Shown one piece after another: positions 1 through 9,314 of a stretch of 64,000 nt of DNA. The position numbers and the translations under genes were made by a program. The notes under the pieces are model-generated. The model saw only the letters and a program-made list of their open reading frames with translations. It did no database searches and was not told where the DNA came from. Positions within the stretch are counted from its first letter, which is position 1. The number at the start of each line of letters is the position of its first letter. Origin of the DNA: a virus (lineage: Duplodnaviria; Caudoviricetes). The stretch lies in IMG/VR virus record IMGVR_UViG_3300027759_000044, one strand, 5' to 3'.

Positions 1-1
1 T

Positions 2-304
2 AAAAATAAATTCAGAGAAGAATTATCAAATAAAAATCCTAAGTACGGTGATGGTCAAATATCATATAGTATACAAGAAGAAGCTTGGTATCTCAAAGAA
101 ATATTTGAAAATAAAGAAGATTCTATATTAACTAGAGAAAAAATGGATAGTTATTTAACTTTAGTTAAAAGAACATTGTTTAGTCAACCGTCGAACTCAA
201 CATTGTATATGCAACCAAATGATTTGTTTAATGAAAGCCTAGCTAAAACATATGCCCGTATGTTGGATAACATCATTGGTTTAGATTACATCAAAAAGGG
301 TTAA
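2..304 (+). CDS. 3' end of a hypothetical protein (runs in from the window edge)
   Basis: Frame 2 is open from base 2 to TAA at 302-304 (KNKFREELSNK...LDYIKKG*). No motif recognised. Confidence 0.6.
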   Translation, partial: KNKFREELSNKNPKYGDGQISYSIQEEAWYLKEIFENKEDSILTREKMDSYLTLVKRTLFSQPSNSTLYMQPNDLFNESLAKTYARMLDNIIGLDYIKKG

Positions 305-340
305 AAACCTGTACAAAAAAATGTGTTTACCCACAAACGG

Positions 341-380
341 GATAAATACTATTGACATTGAGAGTTAGCTATGCTATACT
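341..380 (+). promoter_or_regulatory. Tandem late-type (GATAAATA) and sigma70-type promoter for ssb
   Basis: GATAAATA at 341-348; TTGACA 352-357, 17-nt spacer, TATACT 375-380. Confidence 0.75.
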
Positions 381-383
381 AAC

Positions 384-414
384 TCTTATGTTAGTCGCTT
401 CATAGGGAAGCGGC
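384..414 (+). promoter_or_regulatory. Hairpin or candidate H-type pseudoknot in the ssb leader
   Basis: GTCGCTT 394-400 pairs with AAGCGGC 408-414; TCTTATG 384-390 can pair with CATAGGG 401-407. Confidence 0.45.
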
Positions 415-458
415 GAATATTAAAAACGAGACCATCTCAATTTATAAGGAAATTTATC

Positions 459-1463
459 ATGGCATCATTAGCAGAGATTCGTGCCCGTATTGCGGCACAA
501 GAAAACAAATCAAATTCTGGTTCAACACAGAAACAATCAGATAACTCTATCTACCCTCATTGGAATATGGACGAAGGCACAACAGCCACAATGCGTCTAT
601 TGCCTGACGCAGATAGCAATAACCCATACTTCTGGGTAGAACGACAAATTATTAAACTTCCATTCAATGGGGTTAAAGGTGATTCTAATATTAAACGTAT
701 TGAGGTTCAAGTACCTTGCGTTGAAATGTATGATCCCAAAGCACAATGCCCAATCTTAACTGAGGTTCGTCCTTGGTATAAAGATGAAACATTAAAAGAG
801 TTAGCAAACAAATACTGGAAGAAACGCAGTTACTTGTTTCAAGGTTTTGTTCGTCAAAACCCAATTGGTGATGACAAGACACCAGCTAACCCAATTCGTA
901 GGTTCATTATTAGTCCACAAATCTTTACAATCATTAAAGCAAGTTTGATGGATCCTGAGATGGAAGAATTGCCAACAGACTTTATGCGTGGTCTTGATTT
1001 GAATATTAAGAAAACAAGTAAGGGTGGATATGCTGATTACTCAACAAGTAATTGGGCACGTAAAGAGTCAGCATTGACTGAAGCAGAGCAAGCCGCTATT
1101 GAAGCACATGGTTTATACAATTTGGCAGAGTTCTTGCCAAAGCGTCCTGGTGAAGCAGAGTTGCGTATCATCAAAGAAATGTTTGACGCAAGTGTAGACG
1201 GTCAACCATATGACTTAGAGCGTTGGGGTAGTTACTATCGTCCTTGGGGACTAGAAGCACCTGCAGGAGCAACCGCGGAAAAACAAACAGCTACTACTGA
1301 AACTAGAGCACCCGCAACCGCCCCCGTAGCAGAAACTTCAGCACCATGGGAAGATGACGCTGTAGCAGCCGCAGAATCAATTAAGATTCCAACAGCACAA
1401 CCTTCAAGCGACAAAGCACAAGACATTCTAGCAATGATTCGTGCTAGACAAAACAAGTCTTAA
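459..1463 (+). CDS. gp32: Single-stranded DNA-binding protein, T4 gp32 family
   Basis: gp32-like core (MRLLPD, VPCVEMY...CPIL, YWKKRSY, GLDLNIKK..KGGYADYSTSNW); upstream of uvsX/uvsY; RBS TAAGGA. Confidence 0.85.
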   Translation: MASLAEIRARIAAQENKSNSGSTQKQSDNSIYPHWNMDEGTTATMRLLPDADSNNPYFWVERQIIKLPFNGVKGDSNIKRIEVQVPCVEMYDPKAQCPILTEVRPWYKDETLKELANKYWKKRSYLFQGFVRQNPIGDDKTPANPIRRFIISPQIFTIIKASLMDPEMEELPTDFMRGLDLNIKKTSKGGYADYSTSNWARKESALTEAEQAAIEAHGLYNLAEFLPKRPGEAELRIIKEMFDASVDGQPYDLERWGSYYRPWGLEAPAGATAEKQTATTETRAPATAPVAETSAPWEDDAVAAAESIKIPTAQPSSDKAQDILAMIRARQNKS

Positions 1464-1469
1464 AAGGTA

Positions 1470-1490
1470 GTAGGGAGCATTGCTCCCTAC
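1470..1490. other. Perfect 10-1-10 inverted repeat just upstream of the next RBS
   Basis: GTAGGGAGCA-T-TGCTCCCTAC; no U-tract, so terminator versus processing or operator site is unresolved. Confidence 0.6.
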
Positions 1491-1504
1491 CTAAGGAGAA
1501 CTCC

Positions 1505-1738
1505 ATGACATTACCAGACGAAAGATACCGCGCCATTAAGCAAGGTAAAAAACTATTGGAAGAATTATGCGATCCAGGTAAGACACCTCGTGTACCTAGT
1601 ATCATTAGAGATAGGGCTAGAGGTGCATTACGTCATTATCCAAATGATTGGGAATTAGAATCTATCGCAGAAAAATGTCCAGATATACTAGACAAGCAAA
1701 CATTTAGTGTATATACTAACGGTGTACACGTAAAATAA
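1505..1738 (+). CDS. Hypothetical protein
   Basis: 77-aa ORF with strong RBS AAGGAG; in operon. Confidence 0.8.
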   Translation: MTLPDERYRAIKQGKKLLEELCDPGKTPRVPSIIRDRARGALRHYPNDWELESIAEKCPDILDKQTFSVYTNGVHVK

Positions 1739-1750
1739 AAGGAATATAAA

Positions 1751-1942
1751 ATGAAATACCTAGAAAAATTAAACAAAGTAAATGAATCATTTACCATCAA
1801 TCGTTATACTAATGGTTATATGATTGAAGTAGGTGGTAGAGATTCAGAGAATGATTGGAAGAATTACAAATTTCTTTGCACTACTGATGAAGAACTCTTT
1901 GCTGTAATCAAGGAAGCATTAGCACTAGAATTGGATAATTAA
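1751..1942 (+). CDS. Hypothetical protein
   Basis: 63-aa ORF, RBS AAGGA, abuts uvsX. Confidence 0.75.
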   Translation: MKYLEKLNKVNESFTINRYTNGYMIEVGGRDSENDWKNYKFLCTTDEELFAVIKEALALELDN

Positions 1943-1943
1943 T

Positions 1944-3011
1944 ATGGCAAAACCATTTGATATTAGTAAGTTCCGTAAGGACATTACAAAAAGTATTGAA
2001 GGTCTATCAATAGGATTTAACGATCCTACTGATTGGATCTCGACAGGAAATTATGCTCTCAATTATCTCATTAGCGGCGACTTTAATAAAGGCGTTCCTC
2101 TTGGTAAAGTTACTGTCTTTGCCGGAGAGTCAGGCGCAGGAAAAAGTTTCATCTGTTCAGGAAACCTCGTCAGACACGCACAAGAACAAGGAATCTTTGT
2201 AGTCTTAGTTGACTCTGAGAATGCCCTTGACGAAGCATGGCTACACGCACTTGGTGTATCCACTGCAGAAAATAAACTATTAAAACTAAACATGGCAATG
2301 ATTGACGAAGTAGGAAAAACTATTTCTATGTTCGTTAAAGATTACAAAGCACTACCTGAAACAGATCGTCCTAAGGTATTGTTTGTAGTTGATTCATTAG
2401 GTATGTTATTAACACCCACGGACGTTAATCAGTTTGAAGCAGGTGATATGAAAGGTGACATGGGTCGTAAGCCTAAAGCACTAACAGCACTTGTTCGTAA
2501 TTGTGTTAATATGTTTGGTTCACTGGGCATTGGCTTAGTAGCAACTAATCACACCTATGCTTCACAAGATATGTTTGATCCAGATGATAAAATCTCAGGC
2601 GGTCAAGGTTTCGTTTACGCATCAAGTATTGTAGTTGCTATGAAGAAACTAAAACTTAAAGAAGATGAAGATGGTAATAAGATTAGTGATGTACGAGGTA
2701 TTCGTGCCGCATGTAAGATTATGAAAACTCGCTATGCGAAACCATTTGAATCTGTTCAAGTTAAGATTCCTTATGAAACAGGCATGAGTCCCTATTCAGG
2801 TCTACTAGATATGATTGAGAAGGCCGAACTTGTTAAGAAAGAAGGTAACAGTCTTGTCTACACAACACTTGATGGTGAAATTATTAAGAAGTTTCGTAAA
2901 GGATGGGAAGCTAATACTGACGGTTGCTTAGATATAGTAATGAGCGAGTATAGTCAAAAATCATCTACAAAGATAAGTACTGTAACACCTGAGGAGGAGG
3001 GTACAGAATGA
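1944..3011 (+). CDS. uvsX: RecA/UvsX recombinase
   Basis: Walker A GESGAGKS, VDSENALD, VVDSLG Walker B, GGQGFVYASSIVV, KTRYAKPF. Confidence 0.95.
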   Translation: MAKPFDISKFRKDITKSIEGLSIGFNDPTDWISTGNYALNYLISGDFNKGVPLGKVTVFAGESGAGKSFICSGNLVRHAQEQGIFVVLVDSENALDEAWLHALGVSTAENKLLKLNMAMIDEVGKTISMFVKDYKALPETDRPKVLFVVDSLGMLLTPTDVNQFEAGDMKGDMGRKPKALTALVRNCVNMFGSLGIGLVATNHTYASQDMFDPDDKISGGQGFVYASSIVVAMKKLKLKEDEDGNKISDVRGIRAACKIMKTRYAKPFESVQVKIPYETGMSPYSGLLDMIEKAELVKKEGNSLVYTTLDGEIIKKFRKGWEANTDGCLDIVMSEYSQKSSTKISTVTPEEEGTE

Positions 3012-3256
3012 GTTTAGATTTTGTTGCTGAAGTTTGGGATGCACTACGCACACACATTGATTTCAATGACCGTAGTGATGCCGCAGATACACTTATCAAT
3101 CTATTGATTGACAACAACTACGAAACCGACGATATCAAAGATGCGTTCAAAGGCGACAAGGAAGTGCTTAAGGCATTGAAAGGTTATGCGGAACAACACG
3201 ATGATGTTGAAGATGACTACGAAGAAGAAGACGAAGACCAAGACGATTGGAATTAA
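3008..3256 (+). CDS. Small acidic hypothetical protein
   Basis: ATGA overlap with uvsX; highly acidic C-terminus. Confidence 0.75.
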   Translation: MSLDFVAEVWDALRTHIDFNDRSDAADTLINLLIDNNYETDDIKDAFKGDKEVLKALKGYAEQHDDVEDDYEEEDEDQDDWN

Positions 3257-3718
3257 ATGTCAAATTGGTATACAAGGATCACCGCTAATTTAGTTGTGAT
3301 ACCCGATTTTATTTCACACTATGACAATGAAATAATTTCCGCAAAAAGTGATGTAAAGGTATACGGCAATCTTGAAAAGAATATTGCCGCATTACCCGGA
3401 ATCACAGAACATAGATTTAACCAACTACAAGAGATAGAAGCAGTATTAAATTATCTCAATATTCAATTACGGAAAATTCGCCGAAAGCATTTTCAAAAAT
3501 ACTTAGAAGCGTATAATAGAGCATTGACAAGCCGTGATGCTGAGAAGTATGTTGATGGTGAGGATGAAGTAGTTGACTTTGAAACACTTATCAATGAAGT
3601 AGCATTACTACGCAATCGTTGGTTAGGTATAATGAAGGGCCTTGAAGCTAAACAATGGCAAATGGGACATATCGTAAGATTACGCACAGCAGGCATGGAG
3701 GATATCACAATTGGCTAA
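3257..3718 (+). CDS. uvsY: UvsY-like recombination mediator
   Basis: Helical ~150-aa protein with YLEAYNRALTSRDAEKYVDGE and GIMKGLEAKQWQMGHIVRLR, resembling UvsY; downstream of uvsX. Confidence 0.75.
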   Translation: MSNWYTRITANLVVIPDFISHYDNEIISAKSDVKVYGNLEKNIAALPGITEHRFNQLQEIEAVLNYLNIQLRKIRRKHFQKYLEAYNRALTSRDAEKYVDGEDEVVDFETLINEVALLRNRWLGIMKGLEAKQWQMGHIVRLRTAGMEDITIG

Positions 3719-4547
3719 TACATATAGCAGTAACACAATAACATTGACTGGATCTGGAGGTAGTGGGATGAATTCTATCAGTCCGCACTCTATAAGCCCG
3801 TTATCTATAAATTCATTATCACATAACTCATCTATTACGTTGGATGATACTTATCTTAATAATTTGTTTAAAAACATTAATAGAAGTGACTATGTAAAAA
3901 GATATGAAGTAATAGAAGCCACTGAAGATATATTAGCATTAAGTGTTGCTTGGAAACGATTGCGTGATACAAAAAATGAATCAATACAAACTGGTATTAC
4001 TACATTATTAGATGATAACTTATTCAGAAAAATAGAAGAACCTGACAGGATTCGTGCTAATGAGATAAGAGATTATTTCAGCAAAAAAATTATGTTATGG
4101 ACTCTTAAAAGTGTTAAGTTATCCGCCTATAGACAAGACCTAAATAAATTTATTCATGGTGATGGCAAAAAAGTCACAGAAGAATTGTTACCACTCATTT
4201 ATAGATTGCCTGAGTTCTACGAATATGATGTTCAATTCGACCAGTTCAAAAGAGAAGTTAATGTAGAAATAACTAATTTTGGTAAGATAGATAGTGTTAA
4301 AAAAATCACTACACTAACTCCTGTTACAAGTTTTTACAAAACCAACAAACGGGTAAAACATTTTGAATATTGGTTAAAGGATAACAATGACAATGCTCAT
4401 TTGATTACAATCGAACCAAAGAATCCGTTAAAGCATATTTGGGATAAGATTTTTACTAATGGTCAATTACGTATTGAAGCTACATGCTACCCTAAAAAGT
4501 ATGATGAATTACAATACTTTCAGTTACTAAATTGGTCGGTAGCCTAA
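3711..4547 (+). CDS. Hypothetical protein with Ser-rich N-terminus
   Basis: TTG start with GGAGG RBS; 278-aa ORF. Confidence 0.8.
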   Translation: MANTYSSNTITLTGSGGSGMNSISPHSISPLSINSLSHNSSITLDDTYLNNLFKNINRSDYVKRYEVIEATEDILALSVAWKRLRDTKNESIQTGITTLLDDNLFRKIEEPDRIRANEIRDYFSKKIMLWTLKSVKLSAYRQDLNKFIHGDGKKVTEELLPLIYRLPEFYEYDVQFDQFKREVNVEITNFGKIDSVKKITTLTPVTSFYKTNKRVKHFEYWLKDNNDNAHLITIEPKNPLKHIWDKIFTNGQLRIEATCYPKKYDELQYFQLLNWSVA

Positions 4548-4549
4548 AT

Positions 4550-4578
4550 TTGACAATAAATGGCTTTTAGTATACAAT
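4550..4578 (+). promoter_or_regulatory. Class I sigma70-type (early) promoter, TTGACA-ATAAATGG
   Basis: TTGACA 4550-4555, 17 nt, TACAAT 4573-4578. Confidence 0.85.
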
Positions 4579-4605
4579 AGAGTTTTATTCAGTTGAAAGG
4601 GTCTT

Positions 4606-4818
4606 ATGGGTTACAAAGTTGTTGCTGACAAATATCAGATGGACGAAATGCGTACAAAGTATGGTCCACGTAACGGTCTAGAAGGACCGTTCAATTTCTC
4701 CGGAAGAGTGTTGTATTATGACAACAAAGAAGGCCAATACTACGATCCTAGGAGTGATTTCTACGTGGAACAGTCAGAAATGAATGAAATTCATGCTAGT
4801 TTGATAGCCAAAATTTGA
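4606..4818 (+). CDS. Hypothetical early protein
   Basis: 70-aa ORF with its own class I promoter. Confidence 0.8.
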   Translation: MGYKVVADKYQMDEMRTKYGPRNGLEGPFNFSGRVLYYDNKEGQYYDPRSDFYVEQSEMNEIHASLIAKI

Positions 4819-4843
4819 CAATAAATGGATTTGGCGCTATAAT
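4815..4843 (+). promoter_or_regulatory. Class I sigma70-type (early) promoter
   Basis: TTGACA 4815-4820 (contains the upstream TGA stop), ATAAATGG, TATAAT 4838-4843; 17-nt spacer. Confidence 0.9.
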
Positions 4844-4876
4844 AGAATCTTAGACAGTAAAGAAAAGGACTACGAA

Positions 4877-5254
4877 ATGACTACAGAATTCAAATCTTGG
4901 GAAGAATTGACAACTTTAGAGCAGTATTCCAGCATCTACTGGGATATGTATAAAGATGCTTTTGGCATTCGTCCCCGAGGTATTGATACTTCTGCCTGGA
5001 CTGAAGCAGACTTTCAGGCCGAGTTTAAAGAGTTGGGTGAGGTCATTGACCGTGAAGAAAAGATCCGTGTTGCGGCACAAGAAAATGCAATGTTCTCTTT
5101 TGAGAAAAGGGTTGATGACCTAATCTTTTCAGGTGCCAGAGACCGTGCAACAGCAATTCGCTGGATCCACGAAGCTGAGGACACCCAAGGTGATGATGAG
5201 TATTTGTGCTATACTTTGGGCTTGCCCTACATGTACTTTCGTAAGGTAGCATAA
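4877..5254 (+). CDS. Hypothetical early protein
   Basis: 125-aa ORF (YWDMYKDAFGIRPR), own promoter, RBS AAGGA. Confidence 0.85.
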   Translation: MTTEFKSWEELTTLEQYSSIYWDMYKDAFGIRPRGIDTSAWTEADFQAEFKELGEVIDREEKIRVAAQENAMFSFEKRVDDLIFSGARDRATAIRWIHEAEDTQGDDEYLCYTLGLPYMYFRKVA

Positions 5255-5255
5255 T

Positions 5256-5284
5256 TTGACAATAAATGGCATTCATGCTATAAT
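5256..5284 (+). promoter_or_regulatory. Class I sigma70-type (early) promoter
   Basis: TTGACA 5256-5261, ATAAATGG, TATAAT 5279-5284; 17-nt spacer. Confidence 0.9.
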
Positions 5285-5318
5285 ACTTGTATTGATTGAT
5301 TAACACACAGGAGAAGCT

Positions 5319-6347
5319 ATGTCTACAGTTCGTATTTTGTCAGGTTCATATCGTAATGAAGCAGTTAAAGGTGAAGTGTTTACACTTGTTAAGGGTTTTC
5401 AGACAAGTAAAAAAGGTAGTTATGTGACTGTTAAAAACGATGGTCAGTTCCCGGGTCGTAGTGCTGAGATTAAAATCTTAGTAGATGCGATTGATAATAT
5501 TGAATTTTTAAATGGAGATAAAGTTATGGCTAATGCTGTAGTAGAGTTTAAGAAAGAAGCAGTTAAAGAAACAGAACAGGAAGCAATGGACCGTATTGCT
5601 ACTCGTTTTGAGGTACTTGATGAAATGTCACGTGCATGTATCAATGGTGATATACGTGCTATGATTGTTTCAGGCCCGCCCGGCGTCGGCAAATCTTATG
5701 GTGTTGAGACACAAATGGAGAAAGCAAGTATGTTTGACAAGCTTGCAGGCAAACGTGTGCGTTTTCAAATTGTTAAAGGTGCTATGACAGCATTGGGCTT
5801 GTATACTCAACTGTACAAGTATTCTGACACAAAGAATGTGTTAATTTTTGATGATTGCGATTCAGTTTTTACTGATGACTTGAGTTTGAACATTCTTAAG
5901 GCCGCACTTGATTCAGGCAAGACTCGTAGAATTTGCTGGAATAGTGATTCACGTTTGTTGCGTGAAGAAGGTATCCCGAATACTTTCAACTTCAATGGTA
6001 GTGCTATCTTTATCACTAACTTGAAATTCGGCAATCTGAAATCTAAGAAATTGCAGGATCACTTAGAGGCTTTGCAGTCACGTTGTCACTTTCTTGACTT
6101 GACAATCGATGGTGATCGTGACAAGATGTTGCGTATCAAGCAAGTACATCGTGATGCTGATGGTGGCTTGTTTAAAGATTATGATTTTAATGAAGAACAA
6201 TCACAAACTGTGATTAACTTCATGTGGGACAATCATACTAAATTGCGTGAAGTGTCCTTGCGTATGTGTTTGAAGATTGCGGACTTGGTTAAGATCAGTC
6301 CCGGCAACTGGCAGAATCTTGCTAAGACAACTTGTATGAAAGCATAA
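5319..6347 (+). CDS. AAA+ P-loop ATPase of unknown function
   Basis: Walker A GPPGVGKS, Walker B VLIFDDCD, LQSRCHF arginine-finger region. Confidence 0.85.
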   Translation: MSTVRILSGSYRNEAVKGEVFTLVKGFQTSKKGSYVTVKNDGQFPGRSAEIKILVDAIDNIEFLNGDKVMANAVVEFKKEAVKETEQEAMDRIATRFEVLDEMSRACINGDIRAMIVSGPPGVGKSYGVETQMEKASMFDKLAGKRVRFQIVKGAMTALGLYTQLYKYSDTKNVLIFDDCDSVFTDDLSLNILKAALDSGKTRRICWNSDSRLLREEGIPNTFNFNGSAIFITNLKFGNLKSKKLQDHLEALQSRCHFLDLTIDGDRDKMLRIKQVHRDADGGLFKDYDFNEEQSQTVINFMWDNHTKLREVSLRMCLKIADLVKISPGNWQNLAKTTCMKA

Positions 6348-6422
6348 CCCCTGCAGTGTGCGTAACGGCAATGTCAATAAGCCCGTTTCGATAAGTTTTT
6401 CGTTCCTTCGTTAATCACTTTT

Positions 6423-6447
6423 GAGAGACTTCGGTCTCTCCTTTTTT
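6423..6447 (+). terminator. Rho-independent terminator
   Basis: GAGAGAC-TTCG-GTCTCTC (cUUCGg tetraloop) followed by a T tract. Confidence 0.9.
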
Positions 6448-6483
6448 ATTGATTTTTTGTTTTATTTGTTGTATAATTATTGA

Positions 6484-7512
6484 ATGGTTGAATTTAATAA
6501 CAAAGAACAGTTAGTATATTTTATGGTTACCAACTTAAGATTAAGTAGGTATGATATTAGATTCCTTCAAAATCTTGAAAAAATTATTCTAGTTAAAAAT
6601 CGGATAACTAGTAATCAATCAAATTTAGTTGATAAACTTATTGAAAAATATGAACGTCAATTTGTAAAAAATCAAATGTTTATTAAGGATTTATCAAAGC
6701 TTCCTTGGAAAACACTTGTAGTAGAAACTACCGATGAATATACATCCGCTCATATAGGTATCGTAGATGATAACGTCATTCTTAAAACACCCTATAATAA
6801 AGCATTTATTACAGCATTCAGGAACCTTAGTCAATCTAGTTTTGTATGGGATAATACAAATAAATACTATATTGCTGATTTGAGTACCTTTTCTTTAAAA
6901 CTAGCATTACGTATGACTGCAATTTTCTTCAATGAAATTAGGTTTAGTGACAATGTTAACAAAATATTAAACCAGCAAGAGTATTATAAAGATGTAAAAT
7001 ATTGGACACCCACATTAGTTTGCGTTAATGGGAATTATATGATAGCATCTACTAACTCTGCATTAGATGAAGCTATTAAACATATTACTTTAACTACAGA
7101 ATTAACAACATTAGCTGAACTAGTAAGATACGGAATTGAAATTGATAACAGTATTTTATTAACTGATGAAGAACGATTTGCTGGTTCATATAATCCTAAA
7201 GTAGAATTAACCAACATATGTGATATTGTTCCTTGGTTAAAAAACATCAAATGTGATTATGTTACTGTATCAGGTGTGGGACTATCAACTAATGTAAAGT
7301 TTAAAAATGATTTAAAACAAGCATTAGAACTTGCAGGAATACGTTATAACGATTCTGCAAGAATGATGATACACGATAATACAAGTAAGTATAAATTCCC
7401 AGTAGTAATTAAATTCAAATTGATATCTGATACAGATCATGCTAATACAGCAAAAGTAATCACCGTGGTAAATAGTCAACCAGTTAACTTGGAAAAGAAT
7501 GAAACAATGTAA
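6484..7512 (+). CDS. Hypothetical protein with possible HARP-like segment
   Basis: 342-aa ORF overlapping uvsW; PYNKAFITAFR...WDNTNKYY resembles the HARP pattern (inference). Confidence 0.75.
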   Translation: MVEFNNKEQLVYFMVTNLRLSRYDIRFLQNLEKIILVKNRITSNQSNLVDKLIEKYERQFVKNQMFIKDLSKLPWKTLVVETTDEYTSAHIGIVDDNVILKTPYNKAFITAFRNLSQSSFVWDNTNKYYIADLSTFSLKLALRMTAIFFNEIRFSDNVNKILNQQEYYKDVKYWTPTLVCVNGNYMIASTNSALDEAIKHITLTTELTTLAELVRYGIEIDNSILLTDEERFAGSYNPKVELTNICDIVPWLKNIKCDYVTVSGVGLSTNVKFKNDLKQALELAGIRYNDSARMMIHDNTSKYKFPVVIKFKLISDTDHANTAKVITVVNSQPVNLEKNETM

Positions 7513-8956
7513 AATAATCGTCAAAGACGAAGTGAATGTAAAGATTGAGGGTCTTGAACTATCGGAGCGCAAAGCACTGATGAAAATGTTTGAGTACGAA
7601 ATACCCGGAGCACGTTATCTACCTGCAGTAAGATTAGGTAGATGGAATGGTAAGGTAAGCTATTTCAGTTTAGCCGGTAGTACTTATATCAATCTACTAC
7701 CTGAAATACTCCCTTACCTAGACAATGCAGGATATGACATTGAACTAGAGGATTTAAGAGATTACACAACAACCTTTACATTCGACAAAGTGTCCGAGGA
7801 TACGTTCAAAAATAAGAACTGGCCTAAAGGTCATCCCAAAGAAGGTGAACCGGTAGTTTTACGTGATTATCAAATTGAACTAGTAAACAACTTTTTAGAA
7901 AACCCGCAATCATTACAGGAGATTGCTACAGGGGCAGGTAAGACACTAATGACTGCGGCACTAAGTTATACTATAGAAAAGTATGGTCGTAGTATTGTCA
8001 TCGTTCCAAACAAGTCACTGGTAACACAAACAGAAGCAGATTACATTAATCTAGGATTAGATGTTGGTGTATATTTTGGTGATCGTAAAGAATATAACAA
8101 AACACATACTATCTGTACTTGGCAAAGTCTTAACAATATGCTTAAGAAAACAAAAGCAGGTGAAGCAGAAGTGGATATTGGAGACTTCATTGAAGGTGTT
8201 GTATGTGTGATGGTTGATGAAGTACATATGGCAAAAGCTGACGCACTAAAAACATTGCTAACTGGTGTATTTGCTAAAGTGCCCATTCGTTGGGGATTAA
8301 CAGGAACTATCCCTAAAGCAAAGTTTGAAGCACAAAGTATATATGTAAGTTTGGGTAACGTTATTGGTAAACTATCAGCAAGTGAATTACAGGATCAAGG
8401 TGTATTAGCACGTTGTTATGTTAACATTATTCAATTACAAGATGGTAAAGAGTTTACTAACTATCAAAGTGAATTAAAACATTTACTAGAAGATAGTGAA
8501 AGATTGGATAAGATAGCTAGTTTAATAAATGGTATTAATGATACAGGTAACACATTGATCCTTGTTGATAGGGTTAATGCAGGAAAAGAGATTGTTAGTA
8601 GATTGCCCGGAAGTGTATTTGTCAGTGGTGCTACTAATATGAATGAACGTAAGGAAGAATATGATGAAGTTGCGACAAGCACTAATAAAATTATTGTGGC
8701 TACTTATGGTGTGGCTGCTGTTGGTATCAATATACCCCGTATTTTTAATCTTGTTCTCATAGAACCCGGAAAAAGTTTTGTTCGGGTTATACAAAGTATT
8801 GGACGTGGGATTAGAAAAGCTGAAGATAAAGACCATGTACAAATCTACGACATAACCAGTAGTTGTAAATTTGCCAAAAGGCATTTGACCCAACGTAAAG
8901 CTTTTTATAAAGAGGCTAATTACCCGTTTGATGTAGAAAAGTTGACTTATAGATAA
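7499..8956 (+). CDS. uvsW: SF2 DNA helicase, UvsW-like
   Basis: LRDYQ Q-motif, ATGAGKT, DEVH, GLTGT, QSIGRGIR. Confidence 0.92.
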   Translation: MKQCKIIVKDEVNVKIEGLELSERKALMKMFEYEIPGARYLPAVRLGRWNGKVSYFSLAGSTYINLLPEILPYLDNAGYDIELEDLRDYTTTFTFDKVSEDTFKNKNWPKGHPKEGEPVVLRDYQIELVNNFLENPQSLQEIATGAGKTLMTAALSYTIEKYGRSIVIVPNKSLVTQTEADYINLGLDVGVYFGDRKEYNKTHTICTWQSLNNMLKKTKAGEAEVDIGDFIEGVVCVMVDEVHMAKADALKTLLTGVFAKVPIRWGLTGTIPKAKFEAQSIYVSLGNVIGKLSASELQDQGVLARCYVNIIQLQDGKEFTNYQSELKHLLEDSERLDKIASLINGINDTGNTLILVDRVNAGKEIVSRLPGSVFVSGATNMNERKEEYDEVATSTNKIIVATYGVAAVGINIPRIFNLVLIEPGKSFVRVIQSIGRGIRKAEDKDHVQIYDITSSCKFAKRHLTQRKAFYKEANYPFDVEKLTYR

Positions 8957-9314
8957 AGAAAGTAAAGTAATGAAATTTATAGTAGATATTGATGGTACTA
9001 TCTGTACTGGAACTGAACAACGTGTATACGAAAATGCTAAACCTATTGTTGACCGTATTGAGTATTTTAATAAACTATATGATGAAGGTAATGAAATCCA
9101 TTATTGGACAGCACGTGGAAGTGGAAGTGGAATAAACTGGGATGAACTTACTATTAAACAATTAAATGATTGGGGTGCTAAGTATACAACCGCTAAAACG
9201 GGTAAACCCTCATATGATATATGGATTGACGATAAAGCATTTAATGTTGATAACTATTTTGATTCAATTAAATCCAATTACCCAATCAACAAATAAAAGT
9301 TGACTTATAGATAA
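8918..9314 (+). repeat. Direct repeat pair flanking the HAD gene (8937-8956 = 9295-9314)
   Basis: AAAAGTTGACTTATAGATAA is identical at both sites; AATTACCC at 8918-8925 and 9276-9283 has the same 358-nt offset. Confidence 0.85.
8970..9296 (+). CDS. Small HAD-superfamily phosphatase (capsule-biosynthesis phosphatase-like)
   Basis: Motif I DIDGT, motif II WTARG, KP and motif IV IDDKA. Confidence 0.85.
   Translation: MKFIVDIDGTICTGTEQRVYENAKPIVDRIEYFNKLYDEGNEIHYWTARGSGSGINWDELTIKQLNDWGAKYTTAKTGKPSYDIWIDDKAFNVDNYFDSIKSNYPINK

Noticed and set aside
4556-4563. ATAAAT inside class I promoters counted as late promoters
   Set aside because: It is followed by GG rather than A and is not positioned like the intergenic GATAAATA copies; treated as part of the class I motif.
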